Source: Elusimicrobiota bacterium
GTDB taxonomy: Bacteria > Elusimicrobiota > Elusimicrobia > UBA1565 > UBA9628
NCBI GenBank assembly: GCA_016218545.1
Contig: JACRDQ010000030.1
Span: 256,172-320,171 of the forward strand
Direction: 5' to 3'
DNA: 64,000 bases
The notes under the pieces were generated by a model. It did not search any database. It had not been told where the DNA came from and was given only the letters and a program-made list of their open reading frames with translations. The position numbers and the translations under genes were made by a program. Of this stretch, positions 1 through 8,170 are shown piece by piece; position 1 is the first letter of the stretch, and the number at the start of each line of letters is the position of its first letter.

Positions 1-380
1 GCCCCACCACGCTCCCGTGGGGCCTGAGCATGGGCGGACACCCCCTCTGCACCACGCCCCATGAGCTCTGGGGCGTCCCCCTGCATCCAGCACAGCTCTA
101 CGAGGCCCTGGGCAACGCCGCCATCGCCCTGGTGCTCGTCAAAGCGGTCCTGCCGCGGGTCCGTTCCGGCCCCGGCCCGGGCCGCTGGCCCGCCGGCTCG
201 GCCTTCCTCGCCTACCTCGCCGCGTATTCTTGCCTGAGGTTCGGCGTCGAGGCCTTCAGGGGGGATGACCGCGGCATGTCGTGGGGCTTGTCCGTGGCGC
301 AGTGGACCGCAGGGGCCTGCTTGATCGCGGCCGTCGCGGCCGGAGCTCTGCTCCGGAGGAACACGGGAGGGAGAGCATGA
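1..380 (+). CDS. lgt: Prolipoprotein diacylglyceryl transferase, C-terminal part (5' end outside window)
   Basis: Reading frame is open from position 3. Contains the Lgt motifs TTLPWG, HPAQLYEALGN and VEAFRGDDRG (E. coli Lgt: HPTQLYE, G-R-F-x-V-E-F-F-R). Stop at 378-380. Confidence 0.8.
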   Translation, partial: PTTLPWGLSMGGHPLCTTPHELWGVPLHPAQLYEALGNAAIALVLVKAVLPRVRSGPGPGRWPAGSAFLAYLAAYSCLRFGVEAFRGDDRGMSWGLSVAQWTAGACLIAAVAAGALLRRNTGGRA

Positions 381-1321
381 TCGGCATCGGCAAAGGCAGG
401 CCTCGCAAGCTCGTGTGTCCTGAATCGCTCGAAGGGGTGAGGCTGGACGAATTCCTGGCCAAGGAGCTGGGCGTGAGCCGCTCCCTGGCCAAGCGCCTCG
501 TGGAGGAGGGCCTCGCGACCGTGGACGGCGGCGTCCGGGCGGCCGACCTGCGCCTGCGGCCGGGCCAGGCCGTGGTCCTGTCCGCCAGGCCCGAGCCTCC
601 GCCCGCCTTCGGCCTGGAGGGGCGCGTGCTCCACGAGGACCGCGAGCTCCTCGTCTTGGACAAGCCCGCAGGCCTGCTCATGCATCCGCTGGGCACCACG
701 TGGCTCACCGATCCCATGGCGGCCCGCTGGGAGCCGGACCAGAACCTGGCAGGGCTCCTGCAGGTCCTGCGTCCCGGCATCGTGAAGGCCCGAGTCCCGC
801 GCTGCGGCATCGTCCATCGTCTCGACCGGCAGACCAGCGGCGTCCTGCTCGTGGCCAAGACGCCCGCCGCGTACGAACGTCTGACCGGGGCCTTCAAGGA
901 CCGGCAGATCTCCAAGGTCTACCGGGCCATCGTTCTGGGCGTTCCCACGGACCGGTCGACCTCGGTGGACGCGCCCGTGGGCCGCCCTCCTGGCAGGAGG
1001 ATGGTCAGGGTGACGCCTCTGGGCAAGACCTCCGTGACGCGCGTCCGGGTGGTGTCCTCCTGCGCGTCCGCGGCCCTCATCGAGGCCCGGCCCTTGACCG
1101 GAAGGACGCACCAGATCAGGGCCCACCTGACGCACCTCGGCCATCCCGTGCTCGGCGACCCCGAGGCCCAGTTCCCGGCCGGCTTTCCGAAGCCTCCGCG
1201 CCTGATGCTGCACGCCTGGCGCGTGGAGCTGGTCCATCCCTCCACCGGCCGCAAGGCGGCTTACGAGGCGCCGGTGCCCGCTGACTTCACCTCGTTCTGG
1301 GCGCGCCTGCGGAAGGGATAG
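377..1321 (+). CDS. RluA-family 23S rRNA pseudouridine synthase (RluD/RluC-like) with N-terminal S4 domain
   Basis: ATG at 377 overlaps the lgt stop (ATGA), with a GGGAGGGAG RBS upstream. S4-like N-terminus (LDEFLAKELGVSRSLAKRLV). Catalytic HRLDRQTSGVLLVAKT motif and a GRTHQIRAH block. Confidence 0.88.
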   Translation: MIGIGKGRPRKLVCPESLEGVRLDEFLAKELGVSRSLAKRLVEEGLATVDGGVRAADLRLRPGQAVVLSARPEPPPAFGLEGRVLHEDRELLVLDKPAGLLMHPLGTTWLTDPMAARWEPDQNLAGLLQVLRPGIVKARVPRCGIVHRLDRQTSGVLLVAKTPAAYERLTGAFKDRQISKVYRAIVLGVPTDRSTSVDAPVGRPPGRRMVRVTPLGKTSVTRVRVVSSCASAALIEARPLTGRTHQIRAHLTHLGHPVLGDPEAQFPAGFPKPPRLMLHAWRVELVHPSTGRKAAYEAPVPADFTSFWARLRKG

Positions 1322-2798
1322 CGAAGACCGAGGCGCCTTCCGCGTCGTCGCGGAAGACCGGGGCTCCCAGGCTGGACTCAGCCCAGGCCCCGATGAGGGC
1401 TCCCATGTCCCTTGCCCCGGCCGGCACGAAGCCTCCGGGCAGGAAGGAGTGCTCCACGTGGATATGGGTGACTCCAGCCTGGCGCGAGGTCTCGACCCAT
1501 TCCCGCGGTCCGGAAGAGCCGAGCGGCGGGGGGAGGCACTGTCGTCCGGTCAGGAGCATCACCGTGTTGAACTTGAGGCTTTCGACGACCGCGTCCGGAG
1601 GGCTGTTGAGGCGGACCCACTCCATGGTCCGGGCCTGATAGGAGGCCGGCCTGGTCAGGGACGCTGACACCAGCCTTGCGTCCTGCCGGAGCGCGGCCAG
1701 GGCCAGGAGTGCCAGCGCGGCCCGGCCCAACCAGGCCTGTGCCGGCCGGTCCGAGGGGGAGAGGGACCCGATCGCGGAGGCCGCGAAGAGCCAGACCAAG
1801 GGCGCGAGGGGGATGACGTAGCGGGAGTCCTCGGGGCTCCAGGTCAAGTGCAGGACCAGGACCAGGACGGTGTAGGCGGCCATGGCGAAGACCAGGGGCG
1901 TCTCCTCCCTGGAGCTCGTCATGAGGCGCCCTGCGCCCCACGCAGCGCAGCTCGCCAGGGCCAGACCCGCGGCCAAGACCAGCCAGCCCGGAGCCTGGGC
2001 GCCGGCCAGCCCGTCTCCGAAGAAGGAGGCGATGACGGCCAGGGCGTGGCTTCCCTGCGCCCCGGGTTCGCCGAGCAGGGCGACTTGGCTGCGCCAGTTC
2101 ACGGCGTATCCGGTCGAGACCCCGGCCGCGAGCTTGTTGCGCAGGAGCCAGAGGCCAAGGGGCGCCAGGCTCGAGAGGAGGAACGCGCCCTGGCGCCTGC
2201 GGCCGGGAGTGGCGAGGGCTCCTGCGGCCAGGGCCAGGCACAGGAGGCCGCCGTGCGGACGGATGAGACCCGCCCAAGCAGCCGCGGCCCACGCGCAGCC
2301 GGTCAGGGCCCAGGAGCCGGACCGGGTCCCCAGGTCCAGGGCCATGAGCGTCAAGGCCAGGTAGGGGATGTCCGGGAGCACGAGCCCGGAGTGGCGCACG
2401 AAGACGGGAGAGAGCGCGGTCAGGCCGGCCGCTGCCAGGGGCCACGGGGCCGGCAGGAGCCTCCAGCCCAGCCGCCAGGTGAAGAAGACGGCCAGGACCA
2501 TGGCGGCCAGCGGCACGCCGCGCAGGAGGCCCCACCGCGGCTCCGCCAGCCAGACCGGGCCCAGGAGCAGCGCCGCGTAGCCTGGCAGCGGGTCGCTGAC
2601 GGGCACGCCCTGGGCGTCGGGAAGGGCGAAGCCTCCGTGCCGCAGGGAGCGGGCGAGCAGGACCTGGACCGAGTCGTCCTCGATGAGCCCCACGGGGTTG
2701 CCTTTCGAGGCCGCGAGATGAAGGCAGAGCAGCGCGGCTGCGGCCGGCAGGATGAGGCGCGTTCTCACGGCCCGGGCTCCTCTGCGGAAAGCGCGCAC
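1287..2798 (-). CDS. GT-C fold (GT39/ArnT/PMT-like) polytopic membrane glycosyltransferase, paralog A
   Basis: About 12 predicted TM helices. N-terminal loop IEDDSVQ matches the DD/DE motif of GT-C enzymes. Clear paralog of the upstream gene at 2765-4393. Strong GC3 bias. Start uncertain (34-nt overlap with the upstream stop). Confidence 0.7.
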   Translation of the reverse strand: MRAFRRGARAVRTRLILPAAAALLCLHLAASKGNPVGLIEDDSVQVLLARSLRHGGFALPDAQGVPVSDPLPGYAALLLGPVWLAEPRWGLLRGVPLAAMVLAVFFTWRLGWRLLPAPWPLAAAGLTALSPVFVRHSGLVLPDIPYLALTLMALDLGTRSGSWALTGCAWAAAAWAGLIRPHGGLLCLALAAGALATPGRRRQGAFLLSSLAPLGLWLLRNKLAAGVSTGYAVNWRSQVALLGEPGAQGSHALAVIASFFGDGLAGAQAPGWLVLAAGLALASCAAWGAGRLMTSSREETPLVFAMAAYTVLVLVLHLTWSPEDSRYVIPLAPLVWLFAASAIGSLSPSDRPAQAWLGRAALALLALAALRQDARLVSASLTRPASYQARTMEWVRLNSPPDAVVESLKFNTVMLLTGRQCLPPPLGSSGPREWVETSRQAGVTHIHVEHSFLPGGFVPAGARDMGALIGAWAESSLGAPVFRDDAEGASVFAIPSAGAPRTR

Positions 2799-4393
2799 GC
2801 CAGGCTCGGCTCGAGCTCGAGCGCGGCCTTGAGCCTGCGGCGGAGGATCTTGGACGACGCGCCTGAGGCGGGGTCGCGGGCATGGAGGCAGGCCGTGTAG
2901 GCCTCGAAGTAGCGGCCGGGAGCCGGGTGGTGGATGCGGAACACGGCCGTGCCTTCCCTCGGGTTCGCATAGAGCTCGGAGGCATAGGGCGTCTGGCGAG
3001 CCCAGGACTCCAGGGTGGGGAGCTTGAGGTACGGCAGTGAAGGGTAGGCGAACTCTCCGGACAGAAGGCCCCTGGAGACATGCAGGTGGGTGACCCCGCG
3101 CGCCAGGGCGGAGGCGAGCCAGGCGTGCCGGTCGTAGACGGTCAAACCCGGCGGGACCGTGCGCCGTCCCGTGAAGAGCTCCACGGTGTGGAAGGCCAGG
3201 CTCTCCACGCGCGCTTCAGCCGGGAGGTTCTCGGCCAGCCAGGCCATGGTCTCCGGCTCGAAGGCCGGCCGCGGGCCCAGCCCCCTAGCCGCAAAGCCCA
3301 GGTCATGGCGCAGGAGGGCTGCGGAGAAGGCCAGCAGCAGGAGGCCGGCGGCCAGGGGTCTGCGCTCCAGCCAGATCCTCAGTGAGGCCATGATGAGGAT
3401 GACGACGAACGGGAGCAGGGCGATGAGATACCTGGCCTCCTTCAGGGGCCAGGTGGAGTGCATGGCGAGCACGAAGATGACGTAGGTCGCCATGGCCGCG
3501 GCCGGGACGCCTTCGCTGCCCCGCGCCAGGCGCACCGAGCCGTGAGCGACGAGGGCCAGGCATCCCAGCCCGGCCGCGGCGCTCAGGGCCTCCGGGCCCG
3601 TGACCCCGGCCAGGCCCTGGCCGAAGAGCGCGCCCAGGAGCCCAAGGACATGTCCGGCCTGCTGGAGCGGGTCGGCGAACAGGAAGGACTGGGACTTCCA
3701 GTTCGCGACGAAGCCGGTGACCGTGTCTCCTGCGAGGAGGTTGCGGAGCATCCAGCCCGCCAGGGGGAGGAAGGCTCCGGCCAGGAAGGCAAGTCCGCGG
3801 CCCCACCCCAGCCTCAGCCACACGGCCATGCCCAGGCTCAGGCCGAGGATGCTGCCCTGGGGCCTGGTCAGGCACCCTAGAGCGGCGGCCAAGGACAGGG
3901 CCGGCAGGGCCCAAGCAGGACTTCCGGGAGCCAGGGCCGCGGCTCCGAGGAAGAGGGCCAGGGACAGGGCGAGATAGGGGATGTCCGCGATCACGAGCCC
4001 GTCGAGGCCCACCAGCACGGGGTTGAGGGCCACGACTAGGGCCGCGGCCAGGGCCCAGCCCGGGGAGAGGAAGCGCAAGGCCAGGCGCCAGGTCAGCCAG
4101 ACCGAGAGCAGGGCGAAGGCGACGATCATGGGCTGGAGCAGGTGCCAGCGAGGCTCGACCAGCCAGGACGGGATGAGGAGCAGGGCCGCAAACCCCGGCA
4201 GGGGATCGGTCACGGCGGCGCCGTCCGCCAAGGCGAAGGCGCCGGTCCTCAGGGACTTGGAGAGGAGGATGAAGAAGGCGTCGTCGTTGAACGCTCCCAC
4301 GGCGAAGCGCCGGGCCGCGAGCAGGTGGAGGCCTGCCAGGGCCAGGCAGGCAGGCGCCAAGAGCCATGCCATGGGGAACGCTCGTCTCTTCAT
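2765..4393 (-). CDS. GT-C fold (GT39/ArnT/PMT-like) polytopic membrane glycosyltransferase, paralog B
   Basis: N-terminal FNDDAFFILLSKSL loop, many TM helices and a C-terminal soluble domain. Paralogous to 1287-2798 along its length. Confidence 0.72.
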   Translation of the reverse strand: MKRRAFPMAWLLAPACLALAGLHLLAARRFAVGAFNDDAFFILLSKSLRTGAFALADGAAVTDPLPGFAALLLIPSWLVEPRWHLLQPMIVAFALLSVWLTWRLALRFLSPGWALAAALVVALNPVLVGLDGLVIADIPYLALSLALFLGAAALAPGSPAWALPALSLAAALGCLTRPQGSILGLSLGMAVWLRLGWGRGLAFLAGAFLPLAGWMLRNLLAGDTVTGFVANWKSQSFLFADPLQQAGHVLGLLGALFGQGLAGVTGPEALSAAAGLGCLALVAHGSVRLARGSEGVPAAAMATYVIFVLAMHSTWPLKEARYLIALLPFVVILIMASLRIWLERRPLAAGLLLLAFSAALLRHDLGFAARGLGPRPAFEPETMAWLAENLPAEARVESLAFHTVELFTGRRTVPPGLTVYDRHAWLASALARGVTHLHVSRGLLSGEFAYPSLPYLKLPTLESWARQTPYASELYANPREGTAVFRIHHPAPGRYFEAYTACLHARDPASGASSKILRRRLKAALELEPSLACALSAEEPGP

Positions 4394-4442
4394 AGGGCGC
4401 CGGTGAAGGGGCCTGGAACGGGTGCATTATATTAATTAGGCC

Positions 4443-4451
4443 GTGGTATAA
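4443..4451 (+). promoter_or_regulatory. Extended -10 (TGGTATAAT) ending about 6-7 nt before the ATG of the 4459 gene; possible leaderless transcript
   Basis: Sits in an AT-rich island (gcattatattaattaggccgtggtataatgccttcATG) within otherwise 70% GC DNA. No SD sequence. Confidence 0.35.
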
Positions 4452-4458
4452 TGCCTTC

Positions 4459-5097
4459 ATGATGAAGATGAGGGGTCCTCTCAAGCCGGTCTTCCTGGCC
4501 GCCGTGCTGGGTATGTGCGGCGCTTCCGCTCAGGCGGAGTCCCAGCGACGCTTCGTGAGCGGGCAGATATGGAAGAACGGCTCCCACTCCTTTTCCATCA
4601 ACGAGTACTCCCTGGGCATCAGCCTCTGGGTCAATGCCTCGGGCTCGAACCTCTATTTCAGCGGCAGGCCCTTCTCCGGTTCGGTGTGGGGCTCCGGGAC
4701 GTACATGACCATCAGCGGCTCCGGCGTCCAGGCGACCGTCAGCAAGTGGGGGAGCAACTATTCCGTCAGGGGCACGTTCCACCCGGCGGCCGGCGGGCAG
4801 GCGGTGCGCGTGGACTTCACCATGCACGCTCTGGGCCGGGAGGACGACCCGGTGCGTCCTCCCTCCTACAGCGTCTACGACGGCGCCTCGGGTGCGAACC
4901 TCAACCTCAACCCCTCGGGCGCAGACGGCTACAGCATCTCAGGCTGGGTGGATACGGAGAAGTTCGGGGCCCACGGCACCTCCCTGGTCGCGCTGGTGGC
5001 CAGCGCCAGCCTCGAGGCCAGGCCCGAGCCCAAGGCCGCGCAAGAGCCGGCGAAGCTGCCCGGGGCCAGGCTGGCCCCCCTGCCTTCTCCTCTCTAG
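4459..5097 (+). CDS. Hypothetical secreted protein (signal peptide, Gly/Ser-rich)
   Basis: Signal peptide MMKMRGPLKPVFLAAVLGMCGASAQA. Lower-GC codon usage than neighbours. No recognisable domain. Confidence 0.6.
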   Translation: MMKMRGPLKPVFLAAVLGMCGASAQAESQRRFVSGQIWKNGSHSFSINEYSLGISLWVNASGSNLYFSGRPFSGSVWGSGTYMTISGSGVQATVSKWGSNYSVRGTFHPAAGGQAVRVDFTMHALGREDDPVRPPSYSVYDGASGANLNLNPSGADGYSISGWVDTEKFGAHGTSLVALVASASLEARPEPKAAQEPAKLPGARLAPLPSPL

Positions 5098-5157
5098 CTC
5101 CCCTTCGCCAGCGGGATCCTGACGCCCTGCCCCGCGCTCCCGGGTCCCGCGGCCGGA

Positions 5158-6405
5158 TCAGGCGCCATAGCGGCCGACGAGCTCCTCTTTCGTCTTGCCC
5201 AGGATCCCGTGCTTCCTGCCGACCTTGACGAAGGCCTCCAGCGCGCGGTCGAGGTGGCTCGTCTCGTGGCCGGCCGAGATCTGCGTGCGGATGCGGGCCG
5301 TGCCCGGCGGCACCACGGGGTAGAAGAACCCCACGGCGTAGACGCCCTCGTCGAAGAGGTCCCGGGAGAAGTCCTGGGAGAGCTTGGCGTTGAAGAGCAT
5401 GACCGGCACGATGGGGGTGTCGCCCTCCTTGAGGATGAACCCGGCCTCGGCGAGGCCCTTGCGCCAGTAGGCGGCGTTCCTCTCGAGCTTGTCGCGCCGC
5501 TCCGTGCTCTGGGTCAGCATGTCCAGGACCCGCAGGACCCCGGCGACGACGACCGGCGCGATGGTGTTGGAGAAGAGGTAGGGCCGCGCGCGCTGGCGGC
5601 ACATCTCCACGAGCTCCCGGCGGCCGGAGACGCAGCCGCCCGAGGCGCCGCCCAGGGCCTTGCCGAAGGTCGTGGTGATGAGGTCGACCTTGCCCCGGAC
5701 CCCGTACTTCTCCGGCGTGCCCCGGCCGGTCCTGCCGATGAACCCGGTCGCGTGGGAGTCGTCTACGAAGAGCAGCGCCCCATGAGCCTCGCAGAGGCGC
5801 TCCAGCTCGTCGAGCGGCGCGCAGTCGCCGTCCATGGAGAAGACGCCGTCCGTGATGACGACCTTGAGCCTCCTGCCCGCGTGCTTCTCGAGCAGGGAGG
5901 CCAGGTGCGCCATGTCGCAGTGCTGGTAGATGTCGCGCTGGGCCTTGCAGAGCCGGACGCCGTCGATGATGGAGGCGTGGACGAGCCGGTCCGAGATCAT
6001 GACGTCGCGCTCGCCGAGGACGGCCTCGAAGACGCCGGCGTTGGCGTCCATGCAGGAGGGGAAGAGGATGGTGTCCTCGGTGCCCAGGAACTCGGTCATG
6101 CGGGCCTCGAGCTCCTTGTGGATGTCCTGCGTGCCGCAGATGAAGCGCACGGAGGACATGCCGTAGCCGCGGGCGTCCAGGCCCGCGTGCGCCGCCTTGA
6201 CGACCTCGGGGTGGCTGGAGAACCCGAGGTAGTTGTTGGCGCACATGTTGATGACCTTCCTGGGAGAGGCGCCCGCCGGGAACTCCACTTCGATGTCCGC
6301 GGCCTGGGGGGAGCGGATGAAGCGCTCGGCCTTGAAGAGCCCGGAAGCCCTGATGCCCTCGAGCTCCTTCTGGAATCCCTGACGAACCGTCTCGGTGAAA
6401 GCCAT
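5158..6405 (-). CDS. kbl: Glycine C-acetyltransferase (2-amino-3-ketobutyrate CoA ligase), PLP-dependent
   Basis: Near-colinear match to E. coli Kbl: VRFICGTQDIHKELE, HASIIDGVRLCKA, TDGVFSMDG, DDSHATGF, TFGKALGGASGG (PLP lysine), YLFSNT, GFFYPVVPPGTARIRTQISAGHE. Start at MAFTE with a GGGAGGG RBS. Confidence 0.93.
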   Translation of the reverse strand: MAFTETVRQGFQKELEGIRASGLFKAERFIRSPQAADIEVEFPAGASPRKVINMCANNYLGFSSHPEVVKAAHAGLDARGYGMSSVRFICGTQDIHKELEARMTEFLGTEDTILFPSCMDANAGVFEAVLGERDVMISDRLVHASIIDGVRLCKAQRDIYQHCDMAHLASLLEKHAGRRLKVVITDGVFSMDGDCAPLDELERLCEAHGALLFVDDSHATGFIGRTGRGTPEKYGVRGKVDLITTTFGKALGGASGGCVSGRRELVEMCRQRARPYLFSNTIAPVVVAGVLRVLDMLTQSTERRDKLERNAAYWRKGLAEAGFILKEGDTPIVPVMLFNAKLSQDFSRDLFDEGVYAVGFFYPVVPPGTARIRTQISAGHETSHLDRALEAFVKVGRKHGILGKTKEELVGRYGA

Positions 6406-6602
6406 GGTCCCTCCCGGTCCTCCGCGCCCCAAGACTACCATGATTGGCCGACGGAATCAACCTCGCGCGGGGCCCTGCCCGGGGCGGTTAGGTAGAACTA
6501 CGGAGTGCCCCTTGGGGCTGCCACGGATTGTGTCCCGGCCGGGGGTTGGGGTACCATGAAGTACCGCCCGGCTCCTCGACACGGCCGGGCAGGAGGACCT
6601 CG

Positions 6603-7295
6603 ATGGACTTCTCAAAGCCGCTCTCCATGACCCCTGAAGGACTCGGTCCGCACGCGCACGCCGCCCTCATCCACCTCTCCCGCCAGGAACAGCTCTCCTT
6701 CGTCGTGCCCTATCACCGCTCAGGGCTCGAGCGCGGGGAGAAGTGCGTCTGTGTGGCCGACGCCGACGGCGTCGAGGCCCTGTGGGCCGCCTTGAGGGCC
6801 GCCGGGGTCGACGCGGCCGGGGCCCTGGCCAAGGGGCAGCTCGCGAGCCTCTCCCCCGAGGAGGTCTACCTGAAGGACGGCCGCTTCGACCCTGCCCCGA
6901 CCTTGGCCGTGTTTCGGGGAGCCATCGAGGAGGCTCGCCGGCAGGGGTTCTCCGGGCTGCGGGTTTCCGCGGACATGACCTGGTCCTGCGGCGGGGCCGC
7001 GGCCATGCCGCTCCTGGCGGACTACGAGGCCGAGGTCAACCGCCTCTTCGAGGACCACCCCTTCGGCGCGGTCTGCCAATACGAATACGGCCGCTTCTCC
7101 GCGGACGCCCTGACCAGGGTCGTCTATACCCACCCCTTGGTGATCTTCGGCGGCAGGGTGCACTGGAACCCCTTCTTCATCCCGCCGAACGAGTACCTCA
7201 GGCCGCGGGACCCCGACGCGGAGCTCACGCGCGTGCTGAGCATGCTCTGCCGGGCGTCCTCCATGCGGGAGCGGCCCGTCCCCGTCGTCGTCTGA
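6603..7295 (+). CDS. MEDS-domain-like sensory protein (hypothetical)
   Basis: AGGAGG RBS before the ATG at 6603. Resembles the MEDS/DcmR sensory domain (conserved LSFVVPYH..E region). First gene of a signalling operon. Confidence 0.55.
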   Translation: MDFSKPLSMTPEGLGPHAHAALIHLSRQEQLSFVVPYHRSGLERGEKCVCVADADGVEALWAALRAAGVDAAGALAKGQLASLSPEEVYLKDGRFDPAPTLAVFRGAIEEARRQGFSGLRVSADMTWSCGGAAAMPLLADYEAEVNRLFEDHPFGAVCQYEYGRFSADALTRVVYTHPLVIFGGRVHWNPFFIPPNEYLRPRDPDAELTRVLSMLCRASSMRERPVPVVV

Positions 7296-7314
7296 CGGTC
7301 GGGCCCCCCCGCCG

Positions 7315-8064
7315 ATGAGTTATAATGGAAGGGTGACCCCTGGCAAGGCCGACACGAGCGGGCAGGAGGGGATCCGCTATAAGATCCTGACGGTGGATGA
7401 CGACGCCGAGTGCCTCTCCATGCTGCGGGTCTGCCTGAGCCGAGCCGGCCACACGGTGCTGGCCGCGCGCTCCGCCCGCGAAGCCCTGCTGGCCGCTGTG
7501 GACTCCGGTCCGGACCTCGTCATCTCGGACGTCCAGATGGCGGGCGATGACGGCTTCGAGCTCTCGCGCCGCCTCAAGGCCGGCCCCGCGACCGCGCGCA
7601 TCCCCATCATCCTCCTGTCCGGCGCCAGCAAGGATGTCCGGGACCAGCTCGAGGGCTTCGGCCTCGGGGTCGACGACTATCTGATCAAGCCTTTCGAGCC
7701 GGCCCTCCTCCTGGCCAAGGTCCACGCGGTCCTGCGGCGCTACGCCGTCGCCGAGGAGCTGCGGGACGTGGTGAAGTCCAGGGGCGTGGAGCTCGACGTG
7801 CAGGCGCGCACCGTGTCCTGCTCGGGGTCCCCGGTCGCGCTCAGCCGCAAGGAGTTCGACCTGCTCATCACCCTCATCCGCAAGCGGGGCCATGTCTTGA
7901 GCCCGTCGTTCCTCCTGGAATCGGTCTGGAGCCAGGACCTCGCGGAATACAACGATCCGCGCACGGTGAAGGTCCACATCTCGTCCCTGCGAAAGAAGCT
8001 GCCGCCCGCCGTGGCGCGGCGCATCATGACCGTGCCCGGCTCCGGCTACCGCTTCGACGCCTAG
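7315..8064 (+). CDS. OmpR-family two-component response regulator (REC + winged-helix DNA-binding)
   Basis: Receiver motifs ILTVDDD, DLVISDVQMAGDDGFEL, IPIILLSGA. C-terminal wHTH (VELDVQARTVSCSGSPVALSRKEFDLLITL ... VHISSLRKKL). Exact start uncertain. Confidence 0.88.
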   Translation: MSYNGRVTPGKADTSGQEGIRYKILTVDDDAECLSMLRVCLSRAGHTVLAARSAREALLAAVDSGPDLVISDVQMAGDDGFELSRRLKAGPATARIPIILLSGASKDVRDQLEGFGLGVDDYLIKPFEPALLLAKVHAVLRRYAVAEELRDVVKSRGVELDVQARTVSCSGSPVALSRKEFDLLITLIRKRGHVLSPSFLLESVWSQDLAEYNDPRTVKVHISSLRKKLPPAVARRIMTVPGSGYRFDA

Positions 8065-8170
8065 GCGCCGGCGGGCTTCTGCCGTCGACCGCGTCCCTGG
8101 CTTGACCTTTTTTTTACCGCCATCCGGCACACTATGATTGGGGACGGCGGACGTCGCGCCGTACGATGCC

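Noticed and set aside
1378-3081. Very long antisense or alternative-frame ORFs in the track (e.g. 1378-3081 -, 3303-4484 -, 8201-10363 -, 41151-43334 -, 45651-47732 -, 62525-63991 -, 53407-56304 +)
   Set aside because: High GC suppresses stop codons. These ORFs are Arg/Gly/Pro-rich, lack domains or start context, and overlap genes with strong homology support on the other strand or frame.
5158-6405. Kbl versus 8-amino-7-oxononanoate synthase BioF
   Set aside because: The sequence is almost colinear with E. coli Kbl motif by motif, so it was called kbl rather than bioF. No tdh is adjacent, however.
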